A stretch of DNA of 64,000 nucleotides from Candidatus Kapaibacterium sp. (GTDB lineage: Bacteria; Bacteroidota; Ignavibacteria; Kapaibacteriales; HRBIN21). Below the pieces are notes generated by a model that made no database searches, was not told the DNA's origin, and saw only the letters and a program-made list of their open reading frames with translations. Shown piece after piece: positions 44,136 to 53,839 of this stretch (the stretch's first letter is position 1; every line of letters begins with the position of its first letter). A program made the translations under genes and the position numbers. The DNA lies in contig JANXCT010000002.1 of the NCBI GenBank assembly GCA_025059875.1, positions 87,910-151,909 on the forward strand, read 5' to 3'.

Positions 44136-44444
44136 ATGAAGCGCCTCCTGGTAGTGGCGCTGGCTCTGGTCACGAGCGGCGCTATGGCTGCTGCAGCACA
44201 GCAGACAGCTGCTCCTACGTGGCAGATGACGAAGCCACAGACATCGACACAGCACACCCCCGCGCCTGCGAAGCCCACGGAAACGAAACACGAGGGAGTA
44301 GGAAAGCACGAGCAGAAGCGCGAAGAGGCAAAGCACGAACAGAAGCATAAAGAGGCAAAGAAGCACGAGCGTGCAAAGAAGCGGGCACAGGCTAAGAAAC
44401 ACGAAGCGAAAGGGTCAGCACAAACGGAGCAGCAGCCTCGCTGA
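44136..44444 (+). CDS. Small secreted K/H/E-rich low-complexity repeat protein
   Basis: Signal peptide MKRLLVVALALVTSGAMAAAAQ, then tandem KHEQK(R/H)(E/K)EAK repeats. The DNA shows imperfect ~27-nt tandem repeats. Confidence 0.5.
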   Translation: MKRLLVVALALVTSGAMAAAAQQTAAPTWQMTKPQTSTQHTPAPAKPTETKHEGVGKHEQKREEAKHEQKHKEAKKHERAKKRAQAKKHEAKGSAQTEQQPR

Positions 44445-44565
44445 TAAGCGCACGGGAGTAGCGTACGGGAGCGCCGAGGTCGACCTCGGCGCTCCTTTTT
44501 ATGTTGCCGAAGTCAATCGCAGCGTGCTATATTGTGGCCGGTGTCCCTTTGAGTCCAGCTTAGCG

Positions 44566-45927
44566 ATGCGGTTCTACGAGAACGTTTTGCAGCTCATCGG
44601 GAAAACGCCCCTGGTCAAGCTACAGCGCGTAACGGCCGGTATCGCTGCTACGGTCTTGGTTAAGCTAGAGAATCGGAATCCTGGAGGTTCGGTGAAGGAC
44701 CGGATTGGGATCGCGATGATTGAAGCTGCGGAACGTGAAGGCCGTTTGCGACCGGGACTGCTGATCGTAGAGCCTACAAGCGGCAATACCGGCATTGGTC
44801 TGGCTTTAGCGGCCCGACTGAAGGGCTACCAATGCCTCTTCGTGATGACTGATAAGGCCTCGCAGGAACGTATCCGGTATCTGCAGGCACTGGGCGCCGA
44901 TGTTCTCATTGTCCCTTCAGCCGTCGGTCCCAGCTCACCGGATTACTACTTCAATGTCGCCCAGCGCTTAGCTCGGGAGTTGCCAAACGCTATTATGCTG
45001 AACCAGTACGACAACCCGGCCAATCCCGCCATCCATGAGCAGACCACAGGACCAGAAATTTGGGAAGATACCGAAGGGCGCGTTACCCACTTCGTTGCTG
45101 GGATTGGAACCGGCGGTACTATCACCGGCGTGGCCCGCTTTCTCAAGCGTATGAATCCCGCCATCCGCATCATTGCTGCTGACCCCGTAGGTTCGGTGAT
45201 CAAGGGGTACAAGGAGACGGGCCGTGTCGGCGAAGCCATCCCCTACTTAGTGGAGGGCATCGGACAGGAGCGGATTCCAGCCAACTTGGACATCAACCTC
45301 ATTGATGAGGTCATCGCCATCAGCGACCGAGAATCCTTCCTTACGGCGCGCCGTCTCGCACGAGAGGAAGGCATCTTCTGCGGTGGCTCTTCGGGAACGA
45401 ATGTGGCAGCAGCCCTCCATGTAGCTCGCCTATTACCGGCCGACGCGGTTGTCGTAACAATCATCTGCGATACGGGCGAACGCTACTTGACCAAGCATCA
45501 CTCTGAAGAATGGCTGCGTCAGCACCGGCTACTGGATATTGGTGACTTCTCGCTGAAGAGCGTGCTTCAGACGAAGCTATCCCGTGGACGGGTTCCTGCT
45601 CTCGTAGCACTGCCTCCATCGGCCTCTGTTCAGGAGGCACTGCAACAGATGAGCGCTTATGAGATCTCCCAGCTCCCTGTCATTGAACAGCGTCAGCTCC
45701 TCGGTACAGTCCGAGAGAGTCGCCTCTTGAAGGCATTGCTGGACAATCCCTCCTCCCTCTCTGAGCCGCTCCAACAGTTCATGGAAGACCCCCTCCCCGT
45801 GGTTGACGCCCATGCCTCTATCCAAGAGGGAATCCAGGTTCTGCGTGAATACCCAGCAATTGTGCTCTCTGAGTTTGGCCACCCAACTGCTGTCATCACA
45901 CGGCATGACGTGCTGGACTACCTCTAA
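44566..45927 (+). CDS. Cystathionine beta-synthase (PLP-dependent CysK/CysM fold plus C-terminal CBS-domain pair)
   Basis: LIGKTPLV, PLP lysine region (NPGGSVKDR), GIGTGGTITG, then two CBS motifs. Start at ATG 44566. Confidence 0.75.
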   Translation: MRFYENVLQLIGKTPLVKLQRVTAGIAATVLVKLENRNPGGSVKDRIGIAMIEAAEREGRLRPGLLIVEPTSGNTGIGLALAARLKGYQCLFVMTDKASQERIRYLQALGADVLIVPSAVGPSSPDYYFNVAQRLARELPNAIMLNQYDNPANPAIHEQTTGPEIWEDTEGRVTHFVAGIGTGGTITGVARFLKRMNPAIRIIAADPVGSVIKGYKETGRVGEAIPYLVEGIGQERIPANLDINLIDEVIAISDRESFLTARRLAREEGIFCGGSSGTNVAAALHVARLLPADAVVVTIICDTGERYLTKHHSEEWLRQHRLLDIGDFSLKSVLQTKLSRGRVPALVALPPSASVQEALQQMSAYEISQLPVIEQRQLLGTVRESRLLKALLDNPSSLSEPLQQFMEDPLPVVDAHASIQEGIQVLREYPAIVLSEFGHPTAVITRHDVLDYL

Positions 45928-45990
45928 AAGCGCGCCAGCCCTATAGGGTGCTATTTTTGCGGCTCCGGGTGCTCGCAGCAGGGAGAGCCT

Positions 45991-46977
45991 ATGAAAGCTC
46001 TTGTTACCGGTGCTACAGGGTTCATCGGGAGCCACTTAGTGGAGGCGTTGCTCCGCCAGGGGATCGAAGTACGTTGTATCGTCCGGCGCCAGAGCAATCG
46101 CCGCTGGCTCGTCGGCAAGCCCGTAGAGATTGTAGAGGCGAGCTTAACTGCGCCAGAAACACTCCCGCCAGCCGTCAAGGGCGTGGATATCGTCTGCCAC
46201 GTCGCGGGAGTTATTGCCGCACGGAGTGCCGCGGAGTTCATGAGAGGGAATCGGGATGCCACAGTGAACCTGCTCCAGGCTGTTCTCCGATATGCTCCAA
46301 GCCTCCAGCGGTTCGTTTTCCTCAGCAGCCTGGCAGCTGTTGGGCCTGCCCGCTCGTTAGCGGAGCCAGTGACCGAGACCTCTCCCTGTCAGCCCATAAC
46401 GGCATATGGTAAGAGCAAGAAGGCTGCAGAGGAAGCTGTACTAGCGGCAGCGGACCGTCTACCGGTGACAGTCATTCGGCCACCAGCCGTCTATGGTCCG
46501 CGTGATGCTGCCACGCTCCCTTTCTTCCGGGCTGTCCGGCTCGGAATTGCACCTCTGATCGGCTTTCAGGAGAAGTACCTTAGCCTGGTGTATGTCGAAG
46601 ACTTAGTCCGAGGCATCCTACAAGCAGCTGCTTCTGAACGTGCTGTAGGCCAAGTCTACTTCATCAGCTCCGAGGAGTATTACACCTGGGGACAGCTGAC
46701 AGAAGCAGCACGTGTAGCGTTGGGACGGCGTTACGTCTGGCGAATTCGGGTCCCCCATGCCTTCATTTTGGGCGTTGCTAGTATCGCGGAGGTCGCTGGT
46801 TGGATCATGCGCCGTCCGCCAGTATTTGACTTGGAGAAGGGGTGGGACATGATCCAGCCCTACTGGATCTGCCAGCCTACAAAAGCTGCCGTTGAGCTTG
46901 GGTACAGACAGACGGTGGGACTAGTAGAGGGAATGCGGAAGACTGTCGAGTGGTATCGCGAGCATGGCTGGCTTTAA
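45991..46977 (+). CDS. NAD-dependent epimerase/dehydratase (extended SDR)
   Basis: MKALVTGATGFIGSHLVEALL Rossmann motif. 328 aa. Confidence 0.8.
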   Translation: MKALVTGATGFIGSHLVEALLRQGIEVRCIVRRQSNRRWLVGKPVEIVEASLTAPETLPPAVKGVDIVCHVAGVIAARSAAEFMRGNRDATVNLLQAVLRYAPSLQRFVFLSSLAAVGPARSLAEPVTETSPCQPITAYGKSKKAAEEAVLAAADRLPVTVIRPPAVYGPRDAATLPFFRAVRLGIAPLIGFQEKYLSLVYVEDLVRGILQAAASERAVGQVYFISSEEYYTWGQLTEAARVALGRRYVWRIRVPHAFILGVASIAEVAGWIMRRPPVFDLEKGWDMIQPYWICQPTKAAVELGYRQTVGLVEGMRKTVEWYREHGWL

Positions 46978-46980
46978 GGA

Positions 46981-49485
46981 ATGCTGTGGCGCTTCGTACT
47001 CCCACTGCTGGGTGTTGCAATTATTGTGGCACTCTCCCTCGGCATCGGCGGCTGGTTCTTCCTCTCCCGCTCGCTACCGTTAGAGTTCGCTATTGTTCGA
47101 GTGGCCGTTCAGGACAGCGTTGTCGTCTGGCGCGACTCCTTTGCGATCCCGACAATCCGTGCAGCACACACCTCTGACGCCTTCTTTGCACTCGGCTACC
47201 TCCACGCCGAAGATCGCCTCTGGCAGATGGACATTCTGCGCCGAATTGCCCTGGGACGAGTTGCGGAACTCGTCGGCGAAGAAGCGCTGCCCCTGGACTA
47301 CCTCATGCGCACTCTCGGCTTCGGTAGAATGGCTCAGCGGCTGTGGGAGAACCTCCACCCGATATCGCGCTCTATCCTGCGGCGGTATGCCGAGGGAGTC
47401 AATGCCTGGCTACAACAGAATGCCCGCCGACTGCCACCTGAGTTCCTCATCCTTGGCTACCATCCCGAACCCTGGACTCCACAGCACTCATTGGCAATAG
47501 CCCGCCTCATGGCCTTTGACCTGGCATTCTGCTTCTGGAGCGACATCGCCGTCGGAGCTATTGCCGAAGAAATCGGAGTGGAGAAGGCGTGGGACCTCTT
47601 GCCTGGATACCCGAGCAGTGCACCTACAATTGTCGGCAAGGAGCCAGCAAATTTTCCCCCTCCTAATGGCTCCCGGAGTCAGCATCCTACATTGCCGCCG
47701 CCCCCCTATGGTTTCTCAGAGCTAGCGTCGCTCCGCACAGCACTCCTACCATGGCTACGCCCAGCAGCTGGCCAAGGAAGCAATGCATGGGCTGTCCGAA
47801 CTCGCACGGGGGCTGTGCTGGCAAACGATCCGCACTTAGTCCTTGGACTACCAGCACGCTGGTATCCTGTATGCATTCTCTCGCCTGACTACGAAGTCGC
47901 TGGCCTTACTCTGCCCGGGCTCCCATTGGTGATCATTGGCCGCAACCGCTTCATCGCCTGGGGTGTGACGAACCTGATGGCCGACGAATCTGATTTCGTG
48001 TTGGAGCAGATTGACTCAACAGCACCAACCCGCTACTGGGATGGCAAGCAGTGGCGTCGCTTCCAGCGACAGCGTGATACAATCCATGTCCGCGGAAGAC
48101 CACCTATGGTCATCGAGATCCTACGCTCGCATAACGGCCCGATCATCTCTGACGTCCATCTCTTTGCAGCCCCTGCTTTCCTATTCCGCCGACGCTCGGA
48201 CACAAGCACCAATCCCTTGCTCCGGCGTTATCGTCTTAGCTACCGATGGGCTGCTGACACGGTTAGCGATGAGGTCTTGGCTGCTTACCGGATTGGCCGA
48301 GCTCGCTCGCTGAGCCAATTCCGCAGTGCCCTTCGGACATGGGTAGCCCCCGTACTCTGCTTCGTCTACGCCGACCATCGCGGTACCATCGCAGCCCAAG
48401 CGGCTGGGCTAGTCCCCATTAGAGATAGCACGGCGCCAGAGCAAACGTGGGCATTCCCGCTGAAAGGCTGGGAGCCACAATACTGGTGGCGTGGCCTCCT
48501 ACAGGCTCTCGAATTGCCTTCGGTCGCCAACCCCAAACAGGGTTTCGTTGTGAGCGCCAATAACCAACTGGCACCCCAGCTCCCCTTCCCACTGACTTAC
48601 ATCTGGGAGCCCCACTCCCGCGCAGAGCGCCTGACGGAGCTCCTCTCACAGTACGGCGCTGACTACACCCTCAGTGATGCCGAGCGCATGCAGATTGATG
48701 TCGTCTCCCCATATGCCCGGAATGTCCTCAAAGTCGTGCTGCCGTTGCTGGAAGAGCGTCAACCACGATCTCGAGTAGAGCAGCACGTTCTGGATTCACT
48801 CCGGTCCTGGGACTGCCACTTTGGCCGTTCCTCCGTTGGAGCTAGCATCTTCGCTATCCTGCTGCAACGCCTCCTGGTAAATACCTTTGGTCAGCATCTC
48901 TCGCCGCCACGCCTACGAGAGTACCTCTTCCTAAGCAACCTCGCGTTACGACGGCTCTGGGAGCTCCTCCCTGCCCTCTATGCAGCGTTCTTCGACGACC
49001 CACGAACTCAGCGCCGCGAGACACTTCGCGACATACTGCATCGAAGTTTCGTCGAGGCGATTGATACCCTCCGCCACCGATTAGGGAACGACATTAGCTC
49101 GTGGCGCTACGAGCGACTCCATCAGCTTCACTTAGAGCATCCACTAGGGCTCCACCCGTTGCTTCGGCCCCTGTTCTCGCGCGGACCGTACCCGACGCCA
49201 GGAGCCCCAACAACAGTCAATACTGGCGAGTGGCGCCTCTGGGAACCATTCAGACAGATGCTTGGGGCTTCTGCCCGCTTCATAGCAGACCTTGCAGATT
49301 CTACATGGGCTGTTGCACTCCCCGGTGGGGTCTCAGGCCATTTCCTGAGCCACCACTACACCGACCAACTCCCCCTCTGGCTCTACGGTGCCACCGTGCG
49401 CCGTCCCTTGGGGATCTCCAAGACGGACCGACTCAGCCTTGTGTTTGTGCCCTCCCGTTCCGTCCCTCCGCCCGTGAGTCCATAG
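46981..49485 (+). CDS. Penicillin acylase-family Ntn-hydrolase (possible acyl-homoserine-lactone / penicillin amidase)
   Basis: 834 aa. N-terminal TM/signal. The GSNAWAV motif marks the autoproteolytic Ser that becomes the beta-subunit N-terminus. Confidence 0.75.
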   Translation: MLWRFVLPLLGVAIIVALSLGIGGWFFLSRSLPLEFAIVRVAVQDSVVVWRDSFAIPTIRAAHTSDAFFALGYLHAEDRLWQMDILRRIALGRVAELVGEEALPLDYLMRTLGFGRMAQRLWENLHPISRSILRRYAEGVNAWLQQNARRLPPEFLILGYHPEPWTPQHSLAIARLMAFDLAFCFWSDIAVGAIAEEIGVEKAWDLLPGYPSSAPTIVGKEPANFPPPNGSRSQHPTLPPPPYGFSELASLRTALLPWLRPAAGQGSNAWAVRTRTGAVLANDPHLVLGLPARWYPVCILSPDYEVAGLTLPGLPLVIIGRNRFIAWGVTNLMADESDFVLEQIDSTAPTRYWDGKQWRRFQRQRDTIHVRGRPPMVIEILRSHNGPIISDVHLFAAPAFLFRRRSDTSTNPLLRRYRLSYRWAADTVSDEVLAAYRIGRARSLSQFRSALRTWVAPVLCFVYADHRGTIAAQAAGLVPIRDSTAPEQTWAFPLKGWEPQYWWRGLLQALELPSVANPKQGFVVSANNQLAPQLPFPLTYIWEPHSRAERLTELLSQYGADYTLSDAERMQIDVVSPYARNVLKVVLPLLEERQPRSRVEQHVLDSLRSWDCHFGRSSVGASIFAILLQRLLVNTFGQHLSPPRLREYLFLSNLALRRLWELLPALYAAFFDDPRTQRRETLRDILHRSFVEAIDTLRHRLGNDISSWRYERLHQLHLEHPLGLHPLLRPLFSRGPYPTPGAPTTVNTGEWRLWEPFRQMLGASARFIADLADSTWAVALPGGVSGHFLSHHYTDQLPLWLYGATVRRPLGISKTDRLSLVFVPSRSVPPPVSP

Positions 49486-49498
49486 TTTTGCGCCAGCG

Positions 49499-51007
49499 AT
49501 GCATCATGCGCGTACCGACACCAGCCTAAGTACAGAGCTCCGACCCCAGTGTGCGGTCGTTGGAGTCTACAACCATCCCCAAGCAGCCCTAATTGCTTAC
49601 TACTGCCTGCATGCGTTGCAGCACCGAGGGCAGGAGGCTACAGGGATTGTCTCTGCCTACTGGGACCAGAAGCATCGCCGACGTTTCGTCAGCTACAAGG
49701 GTGAAGGACTCGTGCTCGATGTCTTCACGCCAGACGTTCTGCAGAACGTCCTCAAGGGTGACGCAGCGATAGGACACAATCGGTACTCCACAACCGGTAG
49801 CCCTTCGCCAGCCAACATCCAGCCCTTCCACATCACCTACCGGATGGGGAACCTCGCTCTGGCACACAACGGGAACCTGACGAACACTCGATCCTTGCGC
49901 CAACAGCTCCAGGAAGAAGGTGCAATCTTCCAGAGCACCACCGACAGCGAACTCTTCCTCCACCTCATAGCCCGCAGCCGCCAGGTAACACAGCTAGAGC
50001 AGATCCGAGAAGCACTTCGGATCGCGCGTGGCGCATACTCTTTGGTCATCCTTACTGACACCGCCCTCATCGCTGTCCGTGACCCTCATGGTTTTCGCCC
50101 CTTAGCGATTGGGCGTTTACCGGTCCGCGACGGACAACATGCATACGTTGTGGCTTCGGAGACGTGTGCCTTCGACCTCGTAGGGGCTGAGTACGTCCGG
50201 GATGTGCGCCACAACGAGATTGTGGTCATAGACCAAGACACCGTGGTGACCGGGGAGATGAAGAGCTACCCCGTCGCAGAAGTTACCCCCGAGGCTCGAC
50301 ACTGCATCTTTGAGTTCATCTACTTCTCCCGCCCTGACAGCACCATCTTCGGCCATAGCGTAGATGCAGTCCGCCGAAGACTAGGGGAGAGCCTAGCAAA
50401 GGAAAGCCCAGTCCTTACAGACTCCCCTGATGATCCCGTCGTGGTCATCCCAGTCCCTGACAGCGGCAACACTGCTGCCGTTGGGTATGCTCGTGCCAAT
50501 GCTGAACAGGGTATTCCAACGCAGTTCGACGTTGGCCTGATTCGCAGCCACTATGTCGGACGCACCTTCATCGCCCCAGAACAGAACCAACGAGAGCTCA
50601 AGGTACGGACGAAGTTCAACACCGTTCGTAGTGTCCTATCAGGCAGGAAGGTGGTCGTTGTCGACGATTCCATCGTTCGAGGCACAACCTCCAAGGCACT
50701 AATCCAGCTCATCCGCCAAGCTGGTCCCCGCGAAGTCCATTTGCGCGTTACCGCGCCACCGATCCGCTATCCATGCAAGTACGGCATGGACTTCCCCAGC
50801 TACGAGGAGCTGATTGCCAACTACTACGAAACTGAAGAAGAGATTGGCCAAGCCATCGGGGCCGACTCTCTACGCTACCTCTCGCTAGACAGCCTCCTCC
50901 TCTCCGTCCCACATGAGCCGGGGATCGGCTACTGCACCGCTTGCTTTACTGGCGAGTACCCCGTTGCAGTAGAGCCCGAGCTCAACAAGCGTGTCACAGA
51001 AGAGTAA
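49499..51007 (+). CDS. purF: Amidophosphoribosyltransferase
   Basis: N-terminal propeptide before catalytic Cys (…PQCAVVGVY). PRPP-binding VVVDDSIVRGTT. C-terminal Cys ligands for an Fe-S cluster. Confidence 0.85.
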   Translation: MHHARTDTSLSTELRPQCAVVGVYNHPQAALIAYYCLHALQHRGQEATGIVSAYWDQKHRRRFVSYKGEGLVLDVFTPDVLQNVLKGDAAIGHNRYSTTGSPSPANIQPFHITYRMGNLALAHNGNLTNTRSLRQQLQEEGAIFQSTTDSELFLHLIARSRQVTQLEQIREALRIARGAYSLVILTDTALIAVRDPHGFRPLAIGRLPVRDGQHAYVVASETCAFDLVGAEYVRDVRHNEIVVIDQDTVVTGEMKSYPVAEVTPEARHCIFEFIYFSRPDSTIFGHSVDAVRRRLGESLAKESPVLTDSPDDPVVVIPVPDSGNTAAVGYARANAEQGIPTQFDVGLIRSHYVGRTFIAPEQNQRELKVRTKFNTVRSVLSGRKVVVVDDSIVRGTTSKALIQLIRQAGPREVHLRVTAPPIRYPCKYGMDFPSYEELIANYYETEEEIGQAIGADSLRYLSLDSLLLSVPHEPGIGYCTACFTGEYPVAVEPELNKRVTEE

Positions 51008-51868
51008 CATCTGGTGTGACATCTCTGCGGCTTGGTCTCCCAGTAGGTGCCCTCTTGCCTCTGCTCGCATTTCCTTGACACATCTGCATTTTCTGGATTG
51101 CACTGCGTGGTTGGCACCAGATTTTGCCATGCTTCCGTGAGGAACTGACACGGTAGTCCAGCGATGCTACACCTCACACGACATGCTCAAGTTCGGATGA
51201 AGCAACGCGGAGTACCTCGCGAATTCGTCGCCCTACTACTCCTCTTCGCAAAGCTGTTGCATTGTCGGGATGGCTTCAGCTTCCGGCTAACATGCAAGCA
51301 ATCCCGTCAGATTCAGAGGCTTTTTCTCGACTGTGCTCCTGAAACAGGTACCGAAAGAGATTGTCCGAGCGCTCTGTCGACTCTTGGAATGGAAGGAGGA
51401 CGAGGTTGAAGTTCTCCACCGAAAGATTGCAGCTTTGCTTCGCCAAAAAGGGGCCAAGCTTACTCAGCTATACCTCGTGGTCGGTTCTGACGGCTACATT
51501 GCCACCGTTGCTCATCGAATGTCCCGGCTGAAATACGACTAGGCCACAATAGTTGCAGTGGGTTCGTGGGGGATGATCCGGCAACTTTGGCTGCTTCCCA
51601 CTCTTCTACTGTGTATTGCCGGAGAAGACTAATGCTGTGCTCAGCGACGCCGAGGAGGACTTCCTCGCCTACCCGGACGGCACATAGCATTGCCTTCGGC
51701 GTCATAGGCAGCTGGGCTAGCAGCCGAAACCGCGGCCCGTCTGTATTCCTTCCGCTCAGTGCCCACCGACGGATCCCATACGCGGCTGCTCCTAAAACTG
51801 CCTCCTAAAACTGCAAAGAAGCCTACCAAGGTCAGCACTGTGCGAATCAACATCCCCTCGTCCATCCT

Positions 51869-52288
51869 TTACCTCCGCAGGCCGTGCAACCGTTCTGCCG
51901 GTTCCACTAGAGTTGTAATCCGAATGCCGAAATGCTTGTCTATGACAACCACCTCCCCTTCGGCAATCTTCTTGCCGTTGACGAGCACATCTACAGGATC
52001 CGTGATGAGGCGCTCAAACTCTATGACTGAGCCACGTCCCAAGCGAAGGATATCGCGGATGAACATCATCGTGCGGCCGAGCTCCACTGATACTGGTAGC
52101 TGAATGCTGAAGAGAAGCTCTAGCTTGGGATCGTGCAGGAATTCTTCAGCTTTGAGTCCCCGTACTTCTCCACCCAGTTGAGCACTCTCCTGGGGGGTGA
52201 ACCCCTCCTTTGGAGCTTCTCCACCAGTGGAGGGCTGTGCTGTCCCCGACTCAGGGATTTCTGGAGCGATAGACTCTTGCTCTGGCAT
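51869..52288 (-). CDS. fliN: Flagellar motor switch protein FliN (SpoA domain)
   Basis: C-terminal LELLFSIQLPVSVELGRTMMFIRDILRLGRGSVIEF…VLVNGKKIAEGEVVVIDKHFGIRITTLVEP is a canonical FliN/SpoA sequence. Confidence 0.75.
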   Translation of the reverse strand: MPEQESIAPEIPESGTAQPSTGGEAPKEGFTPQESAQLGGEVRGLKAEEFLHDPKLELLFSIQLPVSVELGRTMMFIRDILRLGRGSVIEFERLITDPVDVLVNGKKIAEGEVVVIDKHFGIRITTLVEPAERLHGLRR

Positions 52289-52300
52289 TGTCCACTACCC

Positions 52301-53222
52301 TCACATGATCTCGCTCGGATCGATTGGGCGTACAATCTGAACAGCCCGTCGGCCAGTGACACTGCCTGGCCGCACCCACAGCTTAGGCTGCTCCTGAATG
52401 AAGAGCATCAACAAGTCTGTCGTCTGTGTATCCAGCCGCAGAACATCTCCGACGCGAAGCTGCAGTAGCTCTTTGACAGTAATGGTAGCAGTGCCTAACT
52501 GTACAGCCACTTGCAGTGGCAGGGTCAGTAGGTGTCCCAAAATGGTAGCGCTATTGGCTTGCTGCTGCTCTGGGTGTGCAGCATGGGTGACTTGTTGGCG
52601 TTCCAAGCGGCTCAGGACATCTTCTAACGCGAATGTCGGATAGCAGAGGCTCATCATGTAAGAATGAATCCCAATGGAGACTAACGACGACCACAATTTC
52701 AGAAGCAGAAGCAATTTGAACGAAGTCGGGCTCCGTCTCCATTCGGACCAGACGAAACTCCAAAGGCGCTGTCGGTGCCCAGCTCTCTTCCAGCACACGA
52801 CACATGTGCTCTACTACCCCTTTGAGCACCGCCTGTTCAATGGGCGTAATAGACCGCGTCTTTGGGGGCGGAGTGATGCCCTCCCCACCAAGCAGACGCT
52901 CTACAATGACTAATGCCAACTGCTGGCTCAGTTCCAAAATGATGTGTTGCTGAGAGCCCCCAACCTCTGCCACATACAGGCAACCCGGACGAGGTAATGA
53001 CAACAAGTACTCGGAGTAGAAGAGCTGGTCTACGGAGGTCACGCTCAATGAGGCCAGGGCTTGGAGCCGAGACAGTAAGTGGTAAGCCACCGTCTCAGCG
53101 AATGACTCGTGGATAGACTGGAGCGATCGCAGTTGGGCTTTAGAGATACGGTTAGGGCGACGGAAGTCATAGGGGAGGACTTGCTTAGGGGCTTCCTGGA
53201 GTAAGGATTCCACTTCTACCAT
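52301..53222 (-). pseudogene. fliM: fliM (flagellar motor switch) split by a 1-nt frameshift near 52665-52675
   Basis: The 52551..53222 frame carries the FliM N-terminal/middle part (YDFRRPNRISKAQLRSLQSIHESFAE…ASASEIVVVVSL). The 52301..52798 frame carries the rest (IGIHSYMMSLCYPTF…TATITVKELLQLRVGDVLRLD…RAVQIV). The junction is in a ccc homopolymer. Confidence 0.6.
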
Positions 53223-53290
53223 CCCGCTAGAGACGACAAGAGGGCATCGATCTCTTGCTGACTCAGCACTGGCGGCATTCTGGAGGTAGC

Positions 53291-53818
53291 TTACTGGATA
53301 ACAAACTTGGAGAAGTAGACATTTCGCAGGTGAATCTCCGGCAGGAGTAGTTCCAGCTCCTGGCGGATTCGCATCCTTAGGCTATCCCGGATCCCTACTG
53401 TCTGGAGTTCCTCTACCGAGTACGAGGACACGACCGACATGATGCGGTCACGGACGGGAATCATCAGCTCCCGACGGAGACGCTCTCCCTCCTTAGGATT
53501 TGCAACTTCTAGGCCAAGTGCCACGAGAACGTAGCGAGAAGAGGAGCCACGCGGGTTGACGACCAGATCGTCTACTGGCACAATCACTCCGGTTGGGACG
53601 TTGGCTGTAGCCTCAGCTGTGATCTCTTTGTGGCCATGCTGCTGGAGGGATTGTCCCGATGGTGGAGTCACAAACGTTCGGAGGACTACCACCAAGACCA
53701 CTACCTGCAGCGCTACTGCTCCGCCCATCAGCCCGATAATCACAGGAAGGCTAAGTCTTTTGGAGCTCCCCTCCTTGCTCTCAACCTTCGATCCCGCCAT
53801 GGCCGCCATGGGTGTCAC
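53291..53818 (-). CDS. fliL: Flagellar basal-body-associated protein FliL
   Basis: Single TM helix then …NPRGSSSRYVLVALGLEVANPKEGERL…NVYFSKFVIQ, typical of FliL. Confidence 0.7.
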   Translation of the reverse strand: MTPMAAMAGSKVESKEGSSKRLSLPVIIGLMGGAVALQVVVLVVVLRTFVTPPSGQSLQQHGHKEITAEATANVPTGVIVPVDDLVVNPRGSSSRYVLVALGLEVANPKEGERLRRELMIPVRDRIMSVVSSYSVEELQTVGIRDSLRMRIRQELELLLPEIHLRNVYFSKFVIQ

Positions 53819-53839
53819 ACACTGGTACCACGTGTTACA

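Noticed and set aside
44124-44402. Leu-rich 92-aa antisense ORF opposite the K/H/E-rich gene
   Set aside because: It is the reverse-complement artefact of AAG/GAG-rich repeats. It has no signal or start context, and the sense ORF has a clean signal peptide.
45928-45990. CCCTATAGGG perfect palindrome followed by a T-run after the CBS gene, considered as a terminator
   Set aside because: The stem is too short and the loop absent for a convincing intrinsic terminator. It may be a restriction-type palindrome by chance.
51641-51865. FliO-like small ORF called as a gene
   Set aside because: Only the N-terminal TM helix is FliO-like and the remainder is Arg/Pro-rich low complexity. I kept it as a remark inside the scar finding and did not list it as a feature.
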